Origin: Vitrella brassicaformis CCMP3155
Lineage: Eukaryota; Protista; Chromerida
Direction: 5' to 3'
DNA: 64,000 bases
Assembly (NCBI GenBank): GCA_001179505.1
Contig: CDMY01000226.1
Span: 96,211-160,210 of the forward strand
Shown: piece after piece, positions 12,434 through 24,900 of the stretch
Layout: each line of letters opens with the position of its first letter
Numbering within the stretch: position 1 is the first letter of the stretch
Notes under the pieces: generated by a model
What the model was told of the DNA's origin: nothing
Seen by the model: the letters and a program-made list of their open reading frames with translations, nothing else
Databases searched by the model: none
Program-made: the position numbers and the translations under genes

Positions 12434-14201
12434 ATGAACGGTGAGTTGAAGGAGGGACTACCCGGCCCCGGTGAGTCGTCAGCCAACCTGAAGGAGGAGA
12501 TGGACACGGCTCAGCAGGACAACAGGGACGAGCAGGACGGCCACCACCCCAACGAGTACGGCGACAGGTACGACGAGAAGGAGCGGGGCGGCGCTGACCG
12601 ATACGACGAGCAGGAGAGGCGCGATGACGACCGAGACCACGACACAGACAGGGGCACTGCGCGACGCAGGGAGGAAGAGGACAACCAAGACGGTTCGTTG
12701 GGAGGAACACACTGGGAGGAGAGGGAGGGAGAGGCCCGACGCACACGGATGGATGTCGTGCATTCTTGTCGTGTCTCTGTGTGCTGTCGTTCTGTTGGGT
12801 CGGTGCGGTACGGTGCAGGGAACGTGTTGTATGTGACGAACCTGCACACCCGTTGTGACCAGAGCCAGCTGATCAAGGAGTTCGACCGTGACTTCAAGGA
12901 CTCCATCACCGACACGAGGGTCGTCCTCAACCCCGTCACCAGGTAAGTCACCCCACGAGACGACAGACAGCCACGGACATGTATGTTCGTGTGCATGCCC
13001 TTGTTGTTGTGTGTTGTGTGTGTTGTGTTGTGTCAGGGAGTCTCGCGGTTTTGCGTTCATATCGTTCACGTCTCCCGCTGAGGCTGACCGAGCCATGCGC
13101 CACATGAACGGCGTCAAGATCATGGGTGCGTACGTACGGCAGACAGCCAGACAGACACGCGACTGACTGACTGACTGACGGGCCTCTGGGCGTGGCGTGT
13201 GAGTGGTGCACTCACTCACTGCGGTGTGTGTGTTCTCGTGTCTTGTGTTGTGGCCTGGCTGTGCTGTCTGTGTGCAGGCAAGGAGATCAAGGTTGAGATA
13301 GCCCGTCGTTCCCGCCCCTACGAGCGCACCCCAGGCACCTACAAGGGCCCTGCATGTAACTAACTGACCAACACCAGCACCCACCACCCAACACCAGCAA
13401 TCAATCACCCACAAGCCAGCATCGATCCATGGAAAGGAGCTGACCCATCTTGGCCCGCCGTGCCCTGTTGTCTGGCTGTGCAGCGGCGAGCATCAAGTAC
13501 GACCGTTACGGACGGATCAAGCCCGAGTTCGCTGACTATGAGGCGCGCATCTCTGGCGGCGGGGGTGCCAGCGTGTTCCCCGCTCCACGGATCATCCAGC
13601 CGCCCCTCGAGGCATACAGCTACAGCAGGGACAGGGGGTCAGCCACCCGCACGGACAGACAGACAGACAGAGGAGAGGCAGGGATACTTCGGGTGGCTGG
13701 GTGTTGGTGGTGTGTGCTGCAGGTACGACCGCGGCTATGACCGCGGCGGGCGGTACGACACCCGCCGCGACGACTACTGGGAGAGTGCACGATACAGGGA
13801 GTACGACGACCGAGACAGAGAGTGAGCCACGTCACACCCGACACAGCACAACAACACAACACCACACATCCCGACGCACATGTGTCTGAGTTGTGTGCCT
13901 CCCTGGTTTGATCCATCTGTTAGTCGTGGTCGTTATCGCGAGGAGGATTACTATCGTGGGGGCTACGACCGGGACCGCGTGAGCTCTCGCTACTACGAGT
14001 ACGACGACCGCAGATACTCAGGCGGAGCCGCCAGATACGATGAACGGTGCGCTTAACAAAGAAGGATGCCAGAGACGGGCTGTTCATGCTTCACCATGTG
14101 TGTGTGTGTGTGAATGTATGTGTGTGTGCAGTGACTATCGTCGTTATGACGACCGAATGATGCGGGGCCGCGAGCGGTCCCGCTCACCCAGACGCTACTA
14201 A
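12434..14201 (+). CDS. Tra2/SR45a-like RRM splicing regulator with RD/RY-rich tail; multi-exon
   Basis: Spliced RRM: NVLYVTNL...RVVLNPVTRESRGFAFISF...MNGVKIMGKEIKVEIARRSRPYERTPGTYKG. The post-RRM RPxxxTPGxYxG linker is typical of Tra2/SR45a. Ends RERSRSPRRY* at TAA 14199-14201. Confidence 0.85.
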
Positions 14202-15315
14202 GCGCGGCCCAGCCCAGCCCCCGCGGCAGCTCGGCTTGCGGCCGAGCAGTGCAGCCATGAATCGAGTGAAGCCCCAGCTGCTTCCTCGTCCGTGTAGTGC
14301 GTGGTCTGTCTGCCTGCCTGCCTGCCACTTGCTGCGATCCATCCATCCATCCACCCCCACCCCCNNNNNNNNNNNNNNNNNNNNNNNNNNNNNNNNNNNN
14401 NNNNNNNNNNNNNNNNNNNNNNNNNNNNNNNNNNNNNNNNNNNNNNNNNNNNNNNNNNNNNNNNNNNNNNNNNNNNNNNNNNNNNNNNNNNNNNNNNNNN
14501 NNNNNNNNNNNNNNNNNNNNNNNNNNNNNNNNNNNNNNNNNNNNNNNNNNNNNNNNNNNNNNNNNNNNNNNNNNNNNNNNNNNNNNNNNNNNNNNNNNNN
14601 NNNNNNNNNNNNNNNNNNNNNNNNNNNNNNNNNNNNNNNNNNNNNNNNNNNNNNNNNNNNNNNNCTGCCTGCCTGCCTGCTTGATGACTGCTGCCTGCCT
14701 GATTCGTGCGTTGCGCTGTGGCTGGCTGCGGGGCGGCCTGGGCCGGCGGGACTCGACTAGACAGACCCACCAGACCCAGCGATTTTGCTGCCTCGTCCGA
14801 CCGGCTCTATTTTTTCGTCCTCCTCCCCCGAGCCTGCGACCCGCCGCTCTCTCTCGACAGCCAACGAACCGCCCAACTAGTCAGACAAGGGAGCGGCTCG
14901 ACGGAGGGAGGTTCAGCCAGACAGCCGCCCGTGCACGAGGACTGGCTGCTGCGTACAGTGTGGGGTGGCTGCTGTGAGTGTGCGTGACGTAGTTTGGCTG
15001 CCTGCCGTGCGGTGCGTGCGTTTGAAGGATTAAGACATCTCTCTCGGCTGGACCGCCATTCATCCATCCATCCATCGGCTCCTGCTGCAGTGAACGGCCA
15101 TCGCCGCATAGCCGCATCAGCAACAGCTCAGCTGCATCCATCCCAGCACAGCACAGCACGGCAGTCATCAGCCGCCATTCAACCAGCCAGCCTCACTTTG
15201 GTCGTTCAGCATTCATCCATCCATTCATTTATCGCTGCAGCTTCCCTTCCGTGGATGCCTCTCTCTGTCTGTCTCTGTCTCTGTCTCTGTCTGTCGTTCC
15301 TGCCCTGCCTTCCCG

Positions 15316-16374
15316 TCAGGGCATGGCGTGTACGAAGCCTGCTGTGTCCCGCGCGACCGCAGTCGAGTACAGGCTCGCAGTGCTGAGAACGGCGCCCTGA
15401 CCGACGGACACACAGCACAACACGTCACGGCACGAGACACATTCATGATGGATGGTGTCTTATATGTGTGTTATGCAGGTGTGTTGGTTCGTTGTGAGTG
15501 GGTGGATGATGAGTCGAGTCACCTCTTTGCCCAGACTGACGAGATAGTTGTGAAGCGTTAAGTAGTCTGTGTGCTCGGCCGGCAAGTTGATGTGGTCGGT
15601 CGACAAGGCATAGACTCTTATTACGATGCTGTCGAGAGAACAGACAGAAAGGGGAGACAGACAGACAGACAGAGCAGAGAGTGTTCATTGTGTGTGTTAG
15701 ACAGAGTGTGGTTCCTCTCGTCCACCAGTGAAAGGGTCGCGTAGATGAAGATGAGACGTGTGGACAGGGGCCTGTGTACGGTAGAGCCACCTTCGCCCCT
15801 GTGTACGGTGTGCCACAATCAATCAAGATGCATTGTGTGGCACATTTATTTCATTCATGTGGACTGACTGCGATTGACTGACTGATTGATCGTACCAATT
15901 GCATTGAGGTCTGTCGAGTCTGATATTGCTGTGACGGTCTTGGGGAGGTCGTAGACAAGCATCAGGGGCTCCTGCGCGTCTTGGTCATACTGTGCCTCAC
16001 ACACAACACATACGTACATATCACACACGCATCATCATGTCTCTCTCTTTTTTTCTGCTCTTACGGCGATGAGAACGGACGACTTGGTGCCGCTCGGTGC
16101 ATCCTCCCAATACAACTGCGGCATCTCGTTCTTGTCTCCACACTCCAAGCCGTAATGAGCACCAGGCAGTGCCAGAGACTTGTCGTCCGGCAGGACACAG
16201 GAGCTGCTGCCAAAGTCCCGGCGAGTCGAGTACACGGAGAAGGCCTGCACAGTCGACTGCGACAATGAGAGTGACAGTTCTGTTTGTTGTTTGGCCGACC
16301 GTGGCATGGTGGTGGTGCGAGACAGGGCAACAGACGAGCAACACGACGAGGCACTGCCAGCGAAGCAGCATCAT
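15316..16374 (-). CDS. Secreted YbhB/YbcL-type PEBP (Raf-kinase-inhibitor-like) family protein; about 6 exons
   Basis: Signal peptide MMLLRWQCLVVLLVCCP. Spliced in frame: PQLYWEDAPSGTKSSVLI / YDQDAQEPLMLVYDLP / PYTGPCP...FHCIVIRVYALSTDHINLP / GAVLSTASLY...HAMP*. This matches the YbhB pattern P.L.W...P.GTKS, YxGPCP and YAL. Confidence 0.75.
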
Positions 16375-16663
16375 GGTGCTCGATGATTGATTGATTGATT
16401 GATCGATCGATTGTATGCGATTGATTCAGCAAATTGCCTTGGCGCGACAGTCAGAATATATAATCAATCACGTCTAGACAGACAGACAGACTGACAGACT
16501 GACTAGCCTACAAGGCGACCGGACCGATCGACCCACCAACAGACAGACCTACAATGAATGTCCCACGACTCGACGGCATACACACGTACCTACATTCAGT
16601 CATCAGTGCACTGACTGACTGACTGACTGACTACGGCAGAGCCATCGATCATTGATTGATTCC

Positions 16664-18236
16664 TCAGTCTATGGAATGCATCCATCCCATCCATACCATC
16701 ACTCCTCCCCCACACGGGACTTGTGCACCACCTCCGCACGTCCGCCGCCAGCGCGGAAGGCCCGGCCCAAAAGGCTGCCGCCACAGCCAAATGGCATCCC
16801 ACGCATTCAGCACATCCTTGACCACACCACAGACGAGTGCCACTGTGCGCGGGTAAAGCGCCGCGCCCATCATGCCGCGGACTGGGGGCTCCGTTGTGAA
16901 GACAAAGAAGCAGATGCTGCCGAATACCGTCAAGTAGACTGCAAAGTCGTCGATGGACTTGTCCCCAGACAGAATCACAATCGTATCCTTTAATTGAGCA
17001 GGCTTCTCTTCACCGATGTCAGCCGCCTTGCGATAGCCCCGCCAGGTGGGCCTGGCTGGGCGGCCACCTGAGCCGCCAGCTGCTGCCCGGCATCTATTGT
17101 TGTGAAGACTCTCTCATCCAGATGTCGAGCGATGACGCGTCCGTCGTACCGGTCATGGTAAGCTGAGTGGACTATAAGGTCGGTGAACGATGAGAGGGCT
17201 CTGTTTCCACCTGCAGGCAGACAGGCAGGCAGGCAGACAGGCAGGCAGGACACAGACCAACACGTTGAAGACCAGGAAGACAACATCGCCTTCATGTGCT
17301 GACTCGCTTCTTACATGTGGTGGGCGGGTCGAATGCGGCAGAAGGCAACACACCGGGCGTCTGGTATGTCATAGGCTGTGAGCTCGACCCCAGGCAGTCT
17401 TGATTGTCAACACGGCCCACTCGGAGGGTGTAGACCAATCGACGGCTGAAGAGTGAGTACTGCCGCACCGCTCCCGGCCGCGCGTCAAAGACGGCCCTGC
17501 TGCCCACCGCCTTCAAGTCGTCCGCTGTGACGACAATGGGCAGTGAGGGCATCATGCCGCAGTTCCTCACGAAGTGGATGAGCGGCACGATGGGCTCCCA
17601 GCAGCCTCCCTCCTCGATGACGTACAGCAGCCGCATAAGGTACTCGATTTGGCTCATCCGCTTGTCGATCCCGATTGCCAGCCGCAGGCCACCCCACACG
17701 AGGCGAGCAACCCACACGAAGACGTCCCCAAAGCACATCATCATCTCCCTCATCTTGACTACATCTCGCCGTGCCCACTCCGCCTTGAACGCATTAAGAT
17801 ACGCCCCGATTAAGAACAGAGGAAACCACTCGGAGAATGTGGCTGATCCGCTGATACGAACGGCAAGAATCTTTTGTATCAGCCACTGCAGCGGGAACAG
17901 GAGAACAGCAAACAGGATGGCGGATGCGGTGGAGAAGCCAATAATCATCGCAGCGAGGCTGCCGAGATGGCCGATGGCGGTTGAAAGGCCTCTGCAGGCG
18001 GCCTTGAGAGAGGCCTGGGCCGTCTTGTGTCGCTTGCGATAAGACAGCACGGAGTTCAGGCCGTTTGTGCGGATGGCGGCGTCGAGGCGGCCCGTGAAGA
18101 AGTCCTCATTGACTAGATGACAGCCGACGCTCATGGACGTGGCGCGGAGGGCGCCGCAGCTGTCGGCTTTGAGACACCTCAGCAGGTGGAGGGAAACATC
18201 GTCAGGAAGGCCAAGCAGATAGCTCCGGTCGCCCAT
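16664..18236 (-). pseudogene. Member of a large lineage-specific (Vitrella-type) family with F-box-like N-terminus; apparent 1-nt frameshift near 17048-17050
   Basis: Starts MGDRSYLLGLPDDVSLHLLRCL...LRATS; one intron at about 17.21-17.31 kb. The exon-2 frame ends at TAA 16990, while a family-like C-terminus (PTWRGYRKAAD...ILSGDK..DDFAVYL...FTTEPPV...YPRTV) continues in another frame. Family assignment is from memory. Confidence 0.6.
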
Positions 18237-19185
18237 TGCTCAACAGGAAATACCGAATGGGCCCTTTACTCAGTGATTCGTCCGCGGTGTCGAATTCATC
18301 CGAAATTCATCCGGTTTCTCCTCACCGAAGAGGACGAAGAGTGGCCTGACTTTCCGGCTGTGTGTGAGCCTTCCTGCTCGCTAATCGATAAGCGAGATCT
18401 CCAAGTCTGTCAGTCGGTCGGTTCCCGCAGCCCCAGCTGCGAGCTCAGCCGAAAAGCTGGCGATCCACTTGCGAGTCTGGAAAACGTCCACGAAGCTGTA
18501 TGCATGAGTACAGAAGCCAGCTTCCTGCCCAGACTCATCAGCTCCTGAGCCAAAACCCGCAGCTTTTCCATTGCAAATGACTGAAGGGTGGCATGCCAAG
18601 AAGCTGGCTCCTTTGACCAGGCTGCCAGCCTCTTGGCTAAGTTGGCTTGAATCACAGCCTTCTCATTGCAAGACACACACAACTTTCAATCTGCCGATGA
18701 ATGGGCCGGGCCGATGGATCGGTGGATACACAGGTGTCCATCCATCCATCCATCCATCATGCCCAGGCAAGGCACCCGCTCCCTCACTCAAGCAAAACCA
18801 ACGGGCCATCCAACCTCACTCACTGCACACTTGGGGCAACAACACAAAAAGTGCTGCGCTGCCCTGCCGGGGAGTCCACTCATCACATCCACGTGCAGCA
18901 CAGACTGGTGCAACGCTGAGCCACAACCATCTCGCTGCGATACATCTAACCCGCCGACATGTTGTTTGCGGGCCTCATCGGGTTGCTTGTTCGATCCGGT
19001 CACTGGTGAAGAGGTCGGTGACGTGCTGCAAGCACCTCACGCAATTGCTGACTGCTTCTCTGTCTTTGAGACATATTTCTATGCATCTGTTGATTGACCG
19101 GTGTGTAGATGAATCTGTGCAGTGCAGTGCAGTGCAGTGCGGCGTGCGCGAGTGTGGTGCGGGCTGCCCCATAGGCTGTGGATGC

Positions 19186-21913
19186 TTATACATCTGTCTG
19201 TTCCCTGATATGAATCAATCGTTTGTCACGTGCGGTGGTCGGCAGCCACCAAGACAGCCCGCCCCTCTTCTTGAGCTCTATCTTCACACCCATCCCGCCG
19301 CACACACCACCAGCACGCCCACCCTCTCTCCCCGGCACTGCGCCCCTGTCATCGCCATCGTCATCGCCAGTCTGTGTCCCGTCATGTCTCGTCGGCTCTC
19401 TCCTGGCCTTCATGTACGCGTCCGCCTCAGCCTCAAATCTCGCCATGGATGTGTTGATGTCTCTGAGTTCCTTCCAGAGGGCCGCGTGGAGCCCGGGGGT
19501 CATCTGCTGCGGTGCCTGTGGATGTGGGTGCGGCTGTGTCTGGACGGCAGAGTCGGCCTGTGGTGGTGGCGGGGCTGGGCCTGTGTCTCTTCTGTAGACA
19601 TGGACAGGCTGATGTGTTTGTGGAGGTATGTCGCTGGGGTGGGGGTTTGTGTCGCGGAGGATGGCCTGGGGGGACTGTTGCTGCTCGTACCACACGCTGA
19701 CAAATCAGCATATGGATGGACAGATTATAAGGAGCACCAGCTGGAGGTTTCTGTCTTTTTCCATGTGTCTCTCACCTTTGCGGCACCTCAGCAGCAGCAG
19801 CGGCTTGGTCAATGGTCTCGGTCTCTGCCGTGGACTGCTCCCGCCCATCCAGCAGCTGCACCCTTGTTCCGCCACGTCTCACTATCTCGCCAACCTGCAC
19901 AAGTAACCAACCATACATCCCGGAGATAGCAATCAAGGATGAGGTTTGGTTTCTCACCTTCTGCGCCCTTGCCCGGCCCCTCCCTCCCTGCACGTTCTTG
20001 ATGCTGGGTGCGGGGCTCCTGGTGCGGACCGATCCAGAGACAGAAGTGACGGGGGACGTGGGGCGACTGCGATTCATGTACAGCTGCTGCTGCCGCTCCC
20101 TCCTCGCCGCCTCACACGCATCCTTATGAACCTGACACACACGTCAACACAGACACACACAGACACACACACACACGGGCAGGCAGCAGGTAAGCACACA
20201 CACATCCAGGCATGTCGAGACCCTTAGTCATCCCCGGACGGACCGACCTGCATACGGTAGAAGTTATCGATGTCCCGCTCGATGGATGCCCGTGAGACAG
20301 GCCGATATGCGACAGAGGGCGAGATAGAGACAGACCGGCAGGAAGGGGTGGAAGGGCGGCTGTTGCTGCTGGTGTGGGGAGGAGTGGGATTCCGTTTGGT
20401 GTCCAGCCGAGTGTACACAAAGGGAGGCCGGGGGGGTGCCGGCTCCCCGACCTGCTGGTGCTTGACACGAGCCTTACGAGCTGGCACACTCCCCTGCTGC
20501 CTCTGGTCCGCGCCTTTCTCCCTCCTCGGGGGCGGCCTGATATCCCGCATAGACGAGAATGGCGTCAGGTTGTATCTTGGAGGCGGGAGAGGGGAACCAG
20601 CACCAAGACTTGAGTCCCTCTCCCCCTCCCGCTCCCTCTGGTGTGTCCATGAGTCGCAGGACCAGTCGGCTTCCCAGGGCGAGAGAGGCTCATCGGCAGC
20701 TGACTCATGACGAGACGCATCCCTGCACCAGTCTCGCAGGCGGCTCTCCGGCGGGGCGAACACACGTGGCTTGGACTCTGCTATCTGCTCCATGTGGCTG
20801 ATGTTGTCAGCCCGTGGGAAGGCCACTTGAGGAGCCGATGCAGCGATAGGGTAGAACAGACGCCGGCCTTGCGCCGCTGAGGAGACACCGAACCATACTT
20901 GCCAGTCACTGTTGCTTCCCATGCCTTTCTTTCTAGTACCTGGCTCAACGGGGGCTTGTGAGGCCGCCGGGCCCTCTCTATTCCCTCCATACCACAGATG
21001 CCGTCTCCAGGGCACCCGAACCTCCATCTCGTCATCTCCCGTCTCCTCTGCCTCGATGCTCTCACTGACACTGCGCCTCTCTCCCTTGCACCCAATCGGA
21101 GACCCACGGACGAGCACGCCCCCGTCAAAGAAGCGAGTCGGTGTGCTGCTGCGGGAGGGTCGCGGCGGCAGGCTGGTGGGCACCGGGACACAATTGTCCG
21201 TGTCCTCTTCATCAGCCTCGATGGAGTGCACCCGAACCAGCCTTCCTCCTCTGCCTTTGTGGGTGGCCTTGACGGTGCGATTATTATCATATGGGGCGTG
21301 GGGCAGGGGAGGCGTGCGGCTGTGCACACGATAGAGGCGGTTCTCCACCTTCTGAATGTACGGCTGCCTCACTCTCCGCCCAACCGGCCCCACTTCAACC
21401 GCAGCTCGGCGGCCATTGCTGCCTTGCGGACCGGGTGCCGGCGGATGGTGCTGTCTGGCAATGGGGGGCCTGACAAAAACACCCTGAGGTGCCGCTGAGC
21501 CCTGCAGAGTAATTGTTCCACAGGGGAGCGGGTGGCGGGACAGCACCGGCGGCGGCGTGAGGCATCTCAGTGAAGCCGACGCGTTGAGAGAAGAAGGAGG
21601 CTGATGATGGGGATCCCATTTCCACAGCACTGTTGAAGTGGCAGGCGGACCAGCCACAGTGACAGTGCACCGCTCTCTGGGACAAGCCGCCTGCTGATTC
21701 TGAGTTCCGCTCATGTCACTGACGGAGCTGACACCGATTGTGTGCAGAGGTGGAGGGGGCCCACGCCATTGTGTGAGTGCTGGGTGATGAGGTGGAGGCG
21801 TAACCGCCCGAGGAGCTCCGTGGGGCAACATTGTCCAAGACGGAGACTGAGACTGGGGGCCTCCATGCAGGGATCCCATGGGGGTCGGTCGCCTTTAAGT
21901 TGGGTTTGGACAT
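19186..21913 (-). CDS. Pro/Ser/Arg-rich low-complexity protein of unknown function; about 5 exons
   Basis: ATG 21913 (MSKPNLK...HNR) splices into the 551-aa ORF. Then in-frame GT-AG joins give RMQ|VHKDACE...AQK|VGEIV...PQS|VWYEQQQ...LWKELRDINTSMARFEAEA. Confidence 0.6.
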
Positions 21914-24900
21914 GATATATCGTGTGTGTAGTGCATGATTGGTATCAACACCCCCTTGTGTCCCCTTTCACGCGTCTTCCTTGACGCCATCCATCCTAAT
22001 CCATCCAGACCACATGCGTGAGCAGTCGAAGTGTGTGCTTGAGTGTGTGTTGCCCCCCGCCAAGGCGGGGGTGAGCAAGAGGCGAGTGGTCCACGTGTTG
22101 TCATCACGTAGACCGCTTCTTGCACCACGACCGACATGGCAAGGCGCACACACCTTCTCGATGGCCATGATCTCTCTTCTCGATGTCCGTGTCCCCTCCC
22201 TCTATCTTCGAATCCTCTCTTTCAGTGGGCCCAGCTGCAAAACCCAACTTGAACGCAGACACCCAGCCAATGAACCAAACCGAACAATGCGCACCCACCA
22301 GACCACACCACACCACACCACACCGCAACCCTTCGATGGCTGGCTCACTTTGGGCTCTGTGACCCGTCCGTCCCTCCCTCCGTCCCCCTGTGCGTGTCCC
22401 CTCTCCGTTTGTCTCCCTATCTCGCGCAAATGATTTTCCGTGACTCCCTCCCTCTCTTCGCGCCTCTCTCGTCGGTGACAGCCATGGATGGATCGATCTT
22501 GCGGATGAATGCGCTCTCTGTGTCTCGCTCTCTCCCTCCCTCCCTCCCTCTGCTCACACGGACACGCACACGTACACACACACGTGAATCGCTGCAGCCA
22601 GCATGCAATGCACCAGGGAGTGTGCAAGCATGTACCAACCTACATGGACCTGCATGACATGGATGACATTGCACCTACATCCACACATGGCATGCAGCAC
22701 GCATCGGTCGGCAGCCGGACTTCGGTCCCTTGGCTCGCGCCCTTGGCCCGCGGCGGCCGGCCGCTTTCTTGCTCATTCATCCATCCATCCATCCATTCAT
22801 CGGTCAGTCAGGCATACAAGAACAGAGAGAGAGACAGAGAGAGAGAGAGAGATGAGGGGGAGGAAAGATTCCACCTGAGTCAAAGAACCAACACACTAGC
22901 GGGCAGGCGCGCACACACAACCAACCAACCACTCACTCACTCACAAACGAATCGACCTGGTTTACATAGACATGTACCACATGTACCACGGCATGCAGAC
23001 ACACACATGGACGGCATGGCACACCTGCGGGGACAGGGCACGCATGCACGAAAAAAGCACGAAGAGACAGAGACAGGCTGGAAGGGAGGGAGGGAAGGGT
23101 GGGAGGGAGGGAGGGATTCAGGGGGGCATGGGGGCTAGGCACACCTGGTGTGTGCGCTCGCCATGTGTGTGTGAAGGTCGGGAGGGGAGAGGAGAGGGGT
23201 GTTCGATAAGCGATACCTGACAAATCCTGCCTGTCCGTGTCGGCCTTTCTGCTTGCGGGGATCAATCAATCGAGAGAGAATGATGCCAAAAGGGGCACCG
23301 CAGGAATGACACGAAAGGACACAGACAGACAGACAGACAGACAGGTGGAACAAAGAGGCGATCACTTACACACACGTACAGAGAGGCAGGAGGGCGGGCA
23401 GGTAGGTAAAGAGTGGGCAAAGGGGGGNNNNNNNNNNNNNNNNNNNNNNNNNNNNNNNNNNNNNNNNNNNNNNNNNNNNNNNNNNNNNNNNNNNNNNNNN
23501 NNNNNNNNNNNNNNNNNNNNNNNNNNNNNNNNNNNNNNNNNNNNNNNNNNNNNNNNNNNNNNNNNNNNNNNNNNNNNNNNNNNNNNNNNNNNNNNNNNNN
23601 NNNNNNNNNNNNNNNNNNNNNNNNNNNNNNNNNNNNNNNNNNNNNNNNNNNNNNNNNNNNNNNNNNNNNNNNNNNNNNNNNNNNNNNNNNNNNNNNNNNN
23701 NNNNNNNNNNNNNNNNNNNNNNNNNNNGGGGGGTGGACACATACTTATATAGGTATGTATGTTGATCCTTCCAGCCTTTCTTTATTCATTCAACGCATCG
23801 GCAGGCAGGCAGGGAGGCTGCTTATCCACACCACACGTACACATACACGAAGACATTATATATATAGAGAACCTGACGAACGGCCTGCCTGTCTGTCTGT
23901 CTCGTGAAGGGCATTGAATACACTTTTACACTTTCTTGTCTCCTGCCTGCCTTTCCTTTGTCGGTTGCCCAGTCAGCTGAGCAGCTGTGTGGGGGGATGG
24001 GGCACGCACACGCACACCAACATGCAGCACACGAACCCGTTTGTACGCATCGCATCTCTCATGGGCCATCCTCTCCACGCCTCCGTGTGTATGTATGTAT
24101 GTGTGTGCACAAATAGGTAATTAACCAGCCGTGGATGGGATGGGATGGATGATAGCTCCCCTCCCGGGAGGGCAGCGCAGCATGCCATGCAGTCAGTATA
24201 CAATCTCGTCCCGCAATCAATCATCGGCCGGCCGGAGAGGGAGAGGGAGAGGGGAAGTCAGTCAGAGGGCCGGCCACGAGTGAATCATCCAGCGATCAAT
24301 CAATCAAATGGGCAGGCAGGCACAAGAAGGCACACACACGGACGGACGGACGAGTGGAGACGCAAGATGCCAGGTAGCGTAGCCCGTCCAGCCCAACCCC
24401 GCCCAGCCCCTCCCCCCAGCACTCATGCGACTGACTAATTGGCGGGCTCTCTCCTCCGCCTGAGCACCGGAGAGGCACCGCGGACAGGCAGGCAGGCAGG
24501 CAGGCAGACAGGTGGGAAGGAAAAGATGGACGACAGACGAGTAGACTAGACAAGAGCACAGACAAGACCATAGCCACAGAGGGGGTACGTGTGCAGACAG
24601 CCGCCGCCCTCGGTCCCCTCCCCTAATTGAGCTCCCCCCGCCCCCACAAGCGCCCACTTCGCCGGCAACTAAGCAAGCAAGCAACGAGATGATGATTAGA
24701 GTCGGCCACAGTCAGTCAGTCCATCCATCCATCCGGGTATATAGTTGAATGGGCTGTGTTGGTTGGCGGGCCCTTGCCTCTATGTCGCGTCGTTCGTCAG
24801 TATGCCGATCGCCCGATCGCCTCTCTCACTGACTCACTCAGGCAATGCAATGACATGGTATGTACGTACGAAGGAAAGCATCCATGCATCCATCCATCCA

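Noticed and set aside
15740-15812. Apparent frameshift and 12-bp direct repeat (ACCGTACACAGG) in the PEBP exon
   Set aside because: A GT donor after CAC TG gives an in-frame YTGPCP...FHCIVIRVYAL, so no frameshift is needed.
18571-19929. 452-aa + strand ORF and many similar 100-380-aa ORFs (e.g. 56321..57475, 27612..28544)
   Set aside because: These are antisense or alternate-frame shadows of real genes in GC-rich DNA, or translations of microsatellites (TDRQ, VCVC, HPSI repeats).
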